64,000 nt of DNA from positions 6,802 through 70,801 of the IMG/VR virus record IMGVR_UViG_3300035074_000077; one strand, given 5' to 3'. Below are positions 9,990-18,178 of this stretch, one piece after another (within the stretch, counting starts at the first letter, position 1; each line of letters begins with the position of its first letter). The stretch is from a virus. Below the pieces are notes generated by a model. It ran no database searches and was not told where the DNA came from. It saw only the letters and a list, made by a program, of their open reading frames with translations. A program made the position numbers and the translations under genes.

Positions 9990-10393
9990 TGATCGTCGCT
10001 CAGGAATTCGAGCGCCTGGACCAGGAGAGCGCCCTTCTTCGGATCGGAGAGGAGCTTGCGCGCGTTCTCCGGCGAGAACGGATAGACCGCGCCGCCGAAT
10101 TTGAACTCGCTCCACCCGAGGAGGCGATCGACGACGAAGGCGATGTTGCGGTCGCGCACTGCGGCGACGGACTCTTCCGGGGCGGTCCATTTCTTGCCGT
10201 TGACGCGGGCCTGCTCCTGCTCGTGCTCGCGATGTAGCCGTTCGCGAGACATGCGGTTGCGCTGCTCGATCGTCTTCTCGTGGCCGGGCCCGGCGAACGT
10301 CCATGTCCAGTCCGACGGCTTGCCCTTGATGACGACCGTCATCGTCGCCTCGTCGGAATAGTCCAGGTCGGAGAGGTCGAATTCCTTGCTCAT
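9959..10393 (-). CDS. Tail assembly chaperone (G-like)
   Basis: Between tail tube and tape measure; LLGWSEF..PFSPENARKLL motif. Confidence 0.8.
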   Translation of the reverse strand: MSKEFDLSDLDYSDEATMTVVIKGKPSDWTWTFAGPGHEKTIEQRNRMSRERLHREHEQEQARVNGKKWTAPEESVAAVRDRNIAFVVDRLLGWSEFKFGGAVYPFSPENARKLLSDPKKGALLVQALEFLSDDQAFTTRSADA

Positions 10394-10406
10394 AATTCTT
10401 CCCCGA

Positions 10407-10907
10407 TCAGGCGCCGACGGTGTCGACGGAATAGACGCCGGTGTTGATGCCGATGTTGAAGTTTCGACGCGTGACGTTCGACCCGTTGCCGAGGTTAGCC
10501 TGACGCGTCATGACCATTCCGGCGTAATAGTCGACCGACTCCGTGTAGCTGTCGCCGCGCGCGTCGTCATAGATGACCTTGAAATAGTAGTCGTAATCGG
10601 TCTTCTCGGCGTCGATCAGCGCATTCTGGCCGTCGTCGAGCGGGTCGCGTCCGACGACGACATTCTGGGTGCCGCCGTTGCGCGGCCCCTTGATCTTGCG
10701 GACCCGGCGGTTCTTGAGCGCCGTGAAGGTGATCTCGTCCGACGAGTCGCCGATCGTGCCGAGGTCTTCGACCTCCTCGACCTCCGTCCAGCCCGTGACC
10801 GCTTCGAAATGCGCGATTGCCGCCGCCTCGCTCATCGCATTGATCGCGTCGACATCGGCCTGTGGACCGATAAAAAACCGCGCGCCCGCGGTGGTTTCTA
10901 CTGCCAT
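10407..10907 (-). CDS. Major tail tube protein
   Basis: WTEVEEVEDLGTIGD..RKIKGPRNGG..DPLDDGQ motif; AAGGGG RBS before ATG 10907; in-frame upstream GTG at 11015. Confidence 0.88.
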   Translation of the reverse strand: MAVETTAGARFFIGPQADVDAINAMSEAAAIAHFEAVTGWTEVEEVEDLGTIGDSSDEITFTALKNRRVRKIKGPRNGGTQNVVVGRDPLDDGQNALIDAEKTDYDYYFKVIYDDARGDSYTESVDYYAGMVMTRQANLGNGSNVTRRNFNIGINTGVYSVDTVGA

Positions 10908-11040
10908 TTTACGTCCCCTTTCCAGGTTGAGATAGAGTATCTGCACCCCGTTGCTGTCGAGCAGCGGCACGCCGGCGCTGTCCAGGACCGGCGCGATATA
11001 TCGTGTGATCGCCACTGCTATTGCCTCGCGGCCGAAGAAA

Positions 11041-11466
11041 TCATGCCGTGAACGCGCGCCAAAGAATGGTTACTGGAGTCCGCGTCCATTTTTCTTCGGA
11101 GATAGACGCGCCGACGCTCGGCCTGCCGTCGATCTTCAGCGTGAAGCTCCCATCGCCCGGCCGCAGCGGCGTTCCCCTCTTGAAGTGCGCCGCTATGGCG
11201 GCCCCGATCTGCGCCGGCTTGATCGCGCCGGAACCCCGCGGCGTCACGACAGCGACCTGAAAGATCCCGCGCATCAGCGTCGAGGCGCGGTTCCCGATAA
11301 AGGGCGAGATGTTCCGGTTCGGGAGATAATCGACCGCGAGCCATGTCCCCGCCGGCGGGTCGAACGGCACATCGGGCCAAGCGATCGGCAGCGGCGGCGC
11401 GAAGGTCATGTCTTCCAAATGCTTGAAAAGCAACACAGGGATGGCGACTTCCGGCGCCTCGCTCAT
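11041..11466 (-). CDS. Tail terminator (DUF4128-like)
   Basis: IAWPDVPFDPP..GIFQVAVVTPRGSG..HFKRGT motif; synteny. Confidence 0.82.
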   Translation of the reverse strand: MSEAPEVAIPVLLFKHLEDMTFAPPLPIAWPDVPFDPPAGTWLAVDYLPNRNISPFIGNRASTLMRGIFQVAVVTPRGSGAIKPAQIGAAIAAHFKRGTPLRPGDGSFTLKIDGRPSVGASISEEKWTRTPVTILWRAFTA

Positions 11467-11480
11467 CGTGCTACGCTCCC

Positions 11481-11705
11481 ATGATGCGCGATGACGACGC
11501 CCCGCCCCTGATGACCGACGCAGAGATCCATGCTCTGTTCAAACGGTTCATCGAGACGACGGGAGACCGTCACGCCGAGACTGAACTCGGCGAGAAGACG
11601 TTGCGCTCCGTCGAGCGGTTCGTCGTTTGCTGTATGCTGATGATGTTCAAAGAGGTCGATCGCGCTAACGCGAGTTCGAACGAACAGCCGCCTTCGCGCG
11701 ACTGA
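11481..11705 (+). CDS. Small antisense-oriented moron protein
   Basis: 74-aa ORF filling the gap between HNH and tail terminator on the opposite strand. Confidence 0.45.
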   Translation: MMRDDDAPPLMTDAEIHALFKRFIETTGDRHAETELGEKTLRSVERFVVCCMLMMFKEVDRANASSNEQPPSRD

Positions 11706-12600
11706 CCGCTTCGGCGGCCGCCAAGTACTCTTCCAACTCAGGCCTTCCGCATCTCTTCACACCGTAGCGCCGGTGGAACTGGGTATGGCACGTCTTGCAA
11801 AGCGTTATCCCGTTCGACACCGACCACCTGAGTTCCTTGTTCGCGCAATGTGGCTCTACATGATGCGCGTTGAGGTTCCCGCCGCTGTCGTCGCCGCACT
11901 TTTGGCACGTGAAACCATCGCGCTCATATACGGCCATTCGCCAAGCCGACTGTTTGAACGCATCTCGGCGGGCTTCTCGTTCCGCATCTGATATGTCTTC
12001 GCGCCAGTTCGGGTTGCTGTCACCACTGTATGGGCGAACCTCGCTCAGAGGCTTCATTTTCACCATATTGCTTTTCAGAATGCGCTCAATAACAGCCCGC
12101 GACACAGAGAACTTATCCGCGACAGAATCGACGCTTCCGCCGTCGGCACGATATGCGGACACGACCTTACGTTCGTTCAGAACTATACGATTCTTGGCCC
12201 GCGCTCCGCGCTTCGTCTCATTGTGATGGCGGATTCTAATCCCGCCTTCTCTCAACCGGCGCAAAACTGTCGAACATTCAACGCCGAGGTCGCTGCCGAT
12301 ATCTGTCGCGTTCATCCGGCAAATTTCATAAAGCCACGCGGCCCTAACAAGATTGAATGGCGCTCTCGCCGACCGAACAACCCGCCCCTTCCTGCCGTCT
12401 CTCCTGGGTATGCCGAGTTTCTTTATGATTTGGTTGAGGGTCTCGACACAACACCCGATCTCGGCGGCAATATCTCCCACCGGACGCGCCTTTACCGAAT
12501 ATTGGAGATCGAGCCATTCACGGTCTACGGCGTATGGCCGCCCTTGTGTGCGCCCACGGTTGCCTACTGTGTCCTGCTGCAATAGATTCGCATCAGCCAT
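11665..12600 (-). CDS. HNH homing endonuclease with tandem N-terminal HTH modules
   Basis: RDGFTCQKCG..LNAHH..NGITLCKTCH motif; three HTH-like repeats; lower GC. Confidence 0.88.
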   Translation of the reverse strand: MADANLLQQDTVGNRGRTQGRPYAVDREWLDLQYSVKARPVGDIAAEIGCCVETLNQIIKKLGIPRRDGRKGRVVRSARAPFNLVRAAWLYEICRMNATDIGSDLGVECSTVLRRLREGGIRIRHHNETKRGARAKNRIVLNERKVVSAYRADGGSVDSVADKFSVSRAVIERILKSNMVKMKPLSEVRPYSGDSNPNWREDISDAEREARRDAFKQSAWRMAVYERDGFTCQKCGDDSGGNLNAHHVEPHCANKELRWSVSNGITLCKTCHTQFHRRYGVKRCGRPELEEYLAAAEAVSRAKAAVRSNSR

Positions 12601-12663
12601 ATCGAACCTCTGCCGTTCGAGTGGTTAGGGCGGCACAGGTGTTACCAGCACCGTGTCGCCCGG

Positions 12664-13089
12664 CTATTTTACCGCATTTTTCGCTTCGCGCACTGATTCA
12701 GAAACGATTTCTCCCCAATTCTGCGCGGCGAGTCTAACCATAGCGCGGGGTGCCATCTTCTCCGTTCCGAACTCGACGAAGATCGAGTAACTGGCGGAAA
12801 ACGACATCCAAATTGTTGCGCTGAGAGGAGCCCCCGCAATCACGAGATTGATAGGCCCCGCATCGACTGCATATGTCTTTCCTGCCGCTCCTCTCGACTC
12901 CGGCATGATTGCCGAGGCACCAGACAACGAAGCTGTCCACGAATGAACGAGATATCCGGTGTCGATCGGGGTTCGCGACATGACCTCTTCGTTGAGCTTC
13001 TGTGCTGAAAGGCGAAAGACGGCCTCGATCCGTTCCTTCGTCGCGCGGACCCACGCGTCAACTTCTGCGGAGAATGTCTTCTGCGCCAT
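12664..13089 (-). CDS. HK97 gp10-like neck/tail completion protein
   Basis: TPIDTGYLVHSW and YSIFVEFGT..PRAMVRLA motifs. Confidence 0.88.
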   Translation of the reverse strand: MAQKTFSAEVDAWVRATKERIEAVFRLSAQKLNEEVMSRTPIDTGYLVHSWTASLSGASAIMPESRGAAGKTYAVDAGPINLVIAGAPLSATIWMSFSASYSIFVEFGTEKMAPRAMVRLAAQNWGEIVSESVREAKNAVK

Positions 13090-13264
13090 TCAGCCGCGCC
13101 TCCTCCGCCGCGTCGGCCTCCTTTTCCGCGATGACGCGCTTCGCCATCGCGACATGCTCTTCGGCCCCGTCGATCCTGCCGACGGCGAGTTCCATTTCGC
13201 GCAGAAAATCGCGCCATTCTTGAATCGGCGCGAAATAGCCCGGCGGATCGATAAACGCCATCAT
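13058..13264 (-). CDS. Small protein coupled to MuF-JAB (possible immunity/partner)
   Basis: Start overlaps the MuF stop (ATGA); 68 aa, acidic and helical. Confidence 0.55.
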   Translation of the reverse strand: MMAFIDPPGYFAPIQEWRDFLREMELAVGRIDGAEEHVAMAKRVIAEKEADAAEEARLNGAEDILRRS

Positions 13265-14961
13265 CGCAAGACCCTCTCGGCCTCCACCGCGATACTAGAT
13301 AGGAACGAGCGGGCGACAGGGGAGGGCTTTCTGGCGTCTGCCAGCTCGTATTTATACGCAGACAGCACGCCAAGATTATGAAGAACGAGGCTCATTGCAT
13401 GCGAATGCGAGGCGGCAAGCTCGTCTATCAATTTGTTCCGAACAGCCGGATCGTCGCGGAGTTCGCTAAGCTTCGCCTTCATCCGATCTATGACGAAGCT
13501 GCTGGCGGCCTTGATCTTACGCTGAGCCACCCGATCGGTCAATTTACGCGCCGCCTCGGCATAGTACGATGATCCGTCGTGACCATGCGCCCAAAGTCCT
13601 TTCAAACCTGGGAGCGACACGAGCATGAAGATGTCCTGGTCCGAAAAGGAGGTCGACCCCGGATGATTATGGTGGACCATGATCTCCCGAGACGGATCGC
13701 GTAGCGCCGCCCCCGTCTCGGCAGAGATTCCGACCTTCGATCGCTCTCCAGAATTGTCTTCCAAGACGGCGCCCGTCGACAGATCGAATGCTCGCAAGAA
13801 CTCCCTGCCTTCGCGCCGCCCGTTCTCCAAGACGAACGATTTCGCCGCTGCGTCGAGGGAGGGAATGTCGACCTTTGGCTTTTCCGGCGGACGGGGCGGC
13901 GGGGCCGGCGACGGCGGCGGCGAGACTGGCCCGGCGCTCGAGATGAGCTTGCGAACGTAGTTGATCTTCACCTCTTCACGACAGCGGCACTGCACCTCGT
14001 CGTAAGGCGCGTGCATCTGCGGGGCCATGCCGGCAGGCACCGCATAGGCCTGCCGCCATGGCACGCCCTTGCGGTTCAGGCGCTCGACATCGCGGTGATT
14101 GTGACGGACCCGCTCATCACCGGCGGAGTGCGGGATCTTCAGGAGGTCTTGCTCCTGCACCTGCCCCTTGTCGATCGCCTGCTCGTAGGCTTCGATCTTT
14201 GCCGCGCCGAGCGCGCGGATCGTCTCCGTCCGCGAGATCGTGTCGGCGCGATATTTCAGCGAGCGCGATCGATACGCCGCGACCATCTTCGCGCGGGTCT
14301 CGGCCGGGATCGGCTTCCCGTCCCTGATCGCGCGCAGGACGGCGGCATCAAATCGCTTGTCCCTGAGCCCGCGGCCGAGCGCGTTGCGCAGATCGGCGGG
14401 ATCGGTCGAGACGAGTTCGGCGGCATAGCGCCTCTGCCATTGCTCCTGAGTCGAGGTCAACCCGATGACGCCGCCGGCGCGCTTCTTCGTCCGCGGGTCG
14501 ATGCGCCCGACAAGATCCAGCGCGGTGTCGCGCGGGTTGCGCCCGGCCTCTAAGCCGGCGCGCATGTGCTCGCGGATCATATTCCGCTGATCGTCGACGA
14601 TCTCCGTCACCAGCGTCGAGGATTTGTCACGCGCCCATGCCTCGGCGCGCGGAGATCGGATGTCGAACAAAATCCTGATCAGCGCGCCATCGGAGCCACG
14701 CGCCGCTGGGATCGTGTCTGCAACCGCCGACCCGCCGGCGCCATAGGCCGCGACGATCTCATTGCGGAGAGGCGCGAAGTCGTTCGGATCGAGTCCAACG
14801 GCGCGCAGCGCTCCCTCGATATCGCCGACGCGCAGCCTGTCTTCGAGCTGCTTGATCGACACCTTGTCGGCTATGCGCTGAATCGCGGCGAGGAACGCAT
14901 CGCGGATGCGCGGCTCGAATTGGTCGAGCAGAGCGTCGATGGGGTCGCGATTTGACGGCAT
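13261..14961 (-). CDS. MuF/gp7-like minor head protein with C-terminal JAB-like domain
   Basis: RADTISRTET, DERVRHNH, QCRC MuF motifs; Pro-rich linker; HNHPGSTSFSDQD (HxH-x7-S-x2-D). Confidence 0.85.
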   Translation of the reverse strand: MPSNRDPIDALLDQFEPRIRDAFLAAIQRIADKVSIKQLEDRLRVGDIEGALRAVGLDPNDFAPLRNEIVAAYGAGGSAVADTIPAARGSDGALIRILFDIRSPRAEAWARDKSSTLVTEIVDDQRNMIREHMRAGLEAGRNPRDTALDLVGRIDPRTKKRAGGVIGLTSTQEQWQRRYAAELVSTDPADLRNALGRGLRDKRFDAAVLRAIRDGKPIPAETRAKMVAAYRSRSLKYRADTISRTETIRALGAAKIEAYEQAIDKGQVQEQDLLKIPHSAGDERVRHNHRDVERLNRKGVPWRQAYAVPAGMAPQMHAPYDEVQCRCREEVKINYVRKLISSAGPVSPPPSPAPPPRPPEKPKVDIPSLDAAAKSFVLENGRREGREFLRAFDLSTGAVLEDNSGERSKVGISAETGAALRDPSREIMVHHNHPGSTSFSDQDIFMLVSLPGLKGLWAHGHDGSSYYAEAARKLTDRVAQRKIKAASSFVIDRMKAKLSELRDDPAVRNKLIDELAASHSHAMSLVLHNLGVLSAYKYELADARKPSPVARSFLSSIAVEAERVLR

Positions 14962-15197
14962 CAGGCCGCAGCGGTCTCGTCAACGAGGATTTTGACGATA
15001 CCGCGAAGCATCTCGATCTTGAACTCGTCCCCTTCGACGAGCACATGACCCGCTGCATCGACCGCAAGGACACGTACGACGCCCGCCTCTTCATCCGCGC
15101 AGACGACATTCTTCAAGAGCGAGCCGTCCAGATAGACGCGCGCATTTATGAGACCCGGACGATAGTCCGGGTCGTTCGGATCGGCTGAAACGCGCAT
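14961..15197 (-). CDS. Hypothetical phage protein
   Basis: MRVSADPNDPDY..VYLDG..ADEEAG; GGCGAG before ATG. Confidence 0.65.
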   Translation of the reverse strand: MRVSADPNDPDYRPGLINARVYLDGSLLKNVVCADEEAGVVRVLAVDAAGHVLVEGDEFKIEMLRGIVKILVDETAAA

Positions 15198-15208
15198 CGT
15201 CTCGCCTA

Positions 15209-15727
15209 TCAAGCCGAGCGCGCGAGAATCGCCAGCAAATATTTCGCCGTCGCGCCCGCCGAATTTGCGACGCGGATGATGTCGCCGGTGCCGGCCGTCA
15301 CGGTCGCGAGGCCCGACGCGGTGCGATTGATTTCGACGCAGAAATCTCCGGGGCCGATCGGACACCGCGCATTGGCATAGCCGGGCACGGTGTTCGTTCC
15401 GCCGCCGGGCGTCAGACTCGTGGTGTTCGCCGCCGCAGCGGGGTCGAGCGGCTTGTTGATGATGGCGAGGGCGATCAGCTTCGCGGCGGTGAAGGCGGCG
15501 CCGAGCGCATCGGTCAGAACGCCGGCGAGGTCGATGTCATCGTTCGCGCCGCTCGCGACCGTGCGCTCGGTGACATGGAGCTTGTCGAACTGGTTCGCGC
15601 CGGTGCCGTTCGCGAGCAGCAGCGATTGCGCGATGTCCATCCGGATGTAGGGCCCGCCGAAGGCGTTGGCTCCGGACTGCGACGTGGTGAGGGAGAAGTC
15701 GATCTTCGCGGAAACGCCCATCTTCAT
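15209..15727 (-). CDS. Putative virion structural protein
   Basis: NGTGANQ..DDIDLAGVLTDALG..VTAGTGDII; ATGA-coupled. Confidence 0.65.
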   Translation of the reverse strand: MKMGVSAKIDFSLTTSQSGANAFGGPYIRMDIAQSLLLANGTGANQFDKLHVTERTVASGANDDIDLAGVLTDALGAAFTAAKLIALAIINKPLDPAAAANTTSLTPGGGTNTVPGYANARCPIGPGDFCVEINRTASGLATVTAGTGDIIRVANSAGATAKYLLAILARSA

Positions 15728-16143
15728 GTTCTCCTGTTTCGCGCCCATTTCGGGCGGCGGGATTGCTCATAGGCGGCTCCGAGCCGCAGAACGATGTCTT
15801 GTATCGCGTAGGCTTCGAATTCGATGGAGGGCTCGCGCTCGCCCATTTCCTTGCGGATCGTCTGCCAGACGTGAACGGCTTCGTGCGCGAGCATCGCCAT
15901 CACAGCGACGGCGGACTTCGCGTCGTGGCGCTCATGCAGGCAGACGATGGCCGTGACATCTCCGGTCGTCTTGTTCGCGAAGGTGGTCGCGCTCGCATCC
16001 GTCTCCGGGAACTGCTCGCCTGGGCAGCCGAGCCGCTTCATCTCGCGGTTCCACGCCGCCTCGGATGGACAGAACCCATAATGGACGGGAAAGAAACCGG
16101 GGTCGCACCATATGATGCGGTCTGCTTCCTCGCGCTTCTTCAT
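15724..16143 (-). CDS. HExxH-containing protein (zincin-like)
   Basis: LAHEAVH followed by EFEAY. Confidence 0.6.
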   Translation of the reverse strand: MKKREEADRIIWCDPGFFPVHYGFCPSEAAWNREMKRLGCPGEQFPETDASATTFANKTTGDVTAIVCLHERHDAKSAVAVMAMLAHEAVHVWQTIRKEMGEREPSIEFEAYAIQDIVLRLGAAYEQSRRPKWARNRRT

Positions 16144-16496
16144 ATGCGGGCCTGGATCTCCCAGAACACGACCGTTCCGGCGGGAGAGAGCGGCGCGACG
16201 CGAACGATCTCATGCGCGACGCCGCCGATAACGAGCGCATCGGATTCTGTCGGCGTGATCGAGAGGCCTGCGGTCGAGACGAACAGCCGTTTGTCGCCGG
16301 CCATGATGCGCGTCCCGTCGATCTGCTGAATCGTGTAGCCGACCTCGACGACGAGGCAGTCATGATCGGTCGTCGTGATGATCGGATCATAAGCCGTGCC
16401 AGAGCGCGATGACCTGCGGATCTGTGCCGTCTGTCCGGCTTCCGCGATGGCGATTTCGGCCTCGGCCCTGATCTCTGCGTAGTCGATGGCGCTCAT
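16140..16496 (-). CDS. Head closure / head-tail joining protein
   Basis: IDGTRIMAGDKRL..PLSPAGTVVFWEIQAR; ATGA-coupled. Confidence 0.8.
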   Translation of the reverse strand: MSAIDYAEIRAEAEIAIAEAGQTAQIRRSSRSGTAYDPIITTTDHDCLVVEVGYTIQQIDGTRIMAGDKRLFVSTAGLSITPTESDALVIGGVAHEIVRVAPLSPAGTVVFWEIQARI

Positions 16497-17017
16497 GCCC
16501 GATACAATCGCCCCGCGACCGACGACTGCCCGCCGCTGCATGTGAAGGGTCGGATAAGCGCCATGACCGCCGCCGACTCCGGCCGGCTTTCGTTCACACC
16601 CGCGAGAGGATTCGCATATTCGGTCTCGATCGGGCCGATGACGCGGCGCTTGACGGCCTTGCTCGGCGTCACGACCGGCGACAGCGCGCCGGGCGTCGCC
16701 AACTCGATCAGCGCGAGCTCGCAGCACGCATCCTTGATCTCGCCCGGTATTTCGTCGGACGCGATTCCCCACCCCTCGCCATCGACGACGCCGGCACGTG
16801 GCCAAGCGAGCGCCTGATCGCGGCCATGGGTGCGGACGCCCGTCCATGTGATGGAGCGCGAGAGATGGGCCGTGGCGCGCCTGATCGCCGACTCCTTGTC
16901 TGCGTCGTCGCCGGTCCACGCCGCAGCGCCGCGCGCCGCATGATAGGCGTCGCACTCGGCGAGGGAGACGAGGGCGTCCGCGTCGGCAAGCCCGGCCCCG
17001 GTTTCGACGGTCAGCAT
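16493..17017 (-). CDS. Head-tail adaptor (DnaT-like family)
   Basis: LTVETGAG..ADALVS..QALAWPR..IPGEIKDACCELA motif. Confidence 0.85.
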   Translation of the reverse strand: MLTVETGAGLADADALVSLAECDAYHAARGAAAWTGDDADKESAIRRATAHLSRSITWTGVRTHGRDQALAWPRAGVVDGEGWGIASDEIPGEIKDACCELALIELATPGALSPVVTPSKAVKRRVIGPIETEYANPLAGVNESRPESAAVMALIRPFTCSGGQSSVAGRLYRA

Positions 17018-17308
17018 TCAGTTCGCCCAATCGCTCGAGATGACGCCGCAGCGCCGGCATTGCGCGCCCTTCGGCGTCAGCCAAAACAAGAATTCGCCGC
17101 ACTTGCAGCGCCAATGCACGTCCGGCTCGACGACGTTCTTGGGGGCTCCCCACATGCGCCCGCACTTCGGGCAATCGACATGCAACGAGCCGACCGGAGC
17201 TACGCCGGTCCACTCATGATGGCAGGCGCCGCAAATGAAGGTCCCGGCCAGATGCGGGACCTCGACTTACTCGCACTTCCCCGGCCGGAGATCGACGACG
17301 TTGCTCAC
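17018..17308 (-). pseudogene. Multi-Cys zinc-ribbon protein interrupted by in-frame TAA
   Basis: GTG at 17308 (GTGA-coupled) reads MSNVVDLRPGKCE*VEVPHLAGTFICGAC..CPKC..CKC..CRRC; TAA at 17267-17269. Confidence 0.65.
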
Positions 17309-17493
17309 TCGCGTCTCCCTCGCCCCAATTTCAGATTTTCAGAGGTCGCGTCGATATAGGCCCGCACGATGGTCATCACTTCGGCGCAAGTCAGAGGCGC
17401 GCTCGTATGCGCGAGCTGCCAGACGATCATGCGGGGATGGTCGTCAGCCCGCCACTGGGCGATGATCCACTCGCCGACCTCGCGCGGGGTCAT
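17305..17493 (-). CDS. Hypothetical protein
   Basis: 62-aa ORF coupled to the next gene. Confidence 0.5.
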   Translation of the reverse strand: MTPREVGEWIIAQWRADDHPRMIVWQLAHTSAPLTCAEVMTIVRAYIDATSENLKLGRGRRE

Positions 17494-17511
17494 GATCGCG
17501 CCAGAGGCTCG

Positions 17512-18120
17512 CTATTTCTGACCGCCGGCGGCGATCTCGGCCAGCGCGGCATTGGCCGCTTCCTCGGTCGGGAAGCCGGGAGAGACGATCACTCCCCCGG
17601 ACTTCACGAACCAGAGGCCCTTGGGGCCCTTGCTGACGGTCGGGGGAGGCGGCTCCGAGCCCGATGCGCCGTTGCTGCCATCCGCGCTCACGGGCGCGCC
17701 AGCGGCGCTCTCTGCCGGTCCAGTGCCCTGCCCCGCGGCCGCGGCGTCGGGCGGTGTCTCCTGCTTGCCGGAGCCGGCCCGCTCCGGCGCCGCGATATCT
17801 TCGCTCTCTGCCCGCTCGGGCGCCGCGCCGCCCTGCCCTTCCTGCGCAGCCGGCGCGCCGTCTGCCTGCGCCTGTCGCGCGGCCGCAGCGGCGTCCTCTT
17901 CCGCCTTGCGCATGGCGTCCTCTTCCGCCACCTTGCGCTCGGCCTCGGCGCGGGCCTTCTCCTCGGCTTCGCGCTTGAGGCGCGCCGCCTCTTCCGCCTG
18001 CGCCTGAACGCGAGCCTCATCGATTTCCCATCCGTGCGGCCGCCAATTCTCGACCTCGTCGGGATGGACATCCGCCGTCTTGCCGTCGTCGGCGCGGATC
18101 ATGGGGACGGTTCGGATCAT
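17512..18120 (-). CDS. Capsid-adjacent protein with low-complexity linker
   Basis: GGAGG RBS; TADVHPDEVENWRPHGW N-terminal motif; Ala/Glu/Pro-rich middle. Confidence 0.7.
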   Translation of the reverse strand: MIRTVPMIRADDGKTADVHPDEVENWRPHGWEIDEARVQAQAEEAARLKREAEEKARAEAERKVAEEDAMRKAEEDAAAAARQAQADGAPAAQEGQGGAAPERAESEDIAAPERAGSGKQETPPDAAAAGQGTGPAESAAGAPVSADGSNGASGSEPPPPTVSKGPKGLWFVKSGGVIVSPGFPTEEAANAALAEIAAGGQK

Positions 18121-18178
18121 ATTCTCGCCTCCTGGATAGCCGCCGGCGGCGCAAGGCCGCCGGCCACGCAAACGTCGC

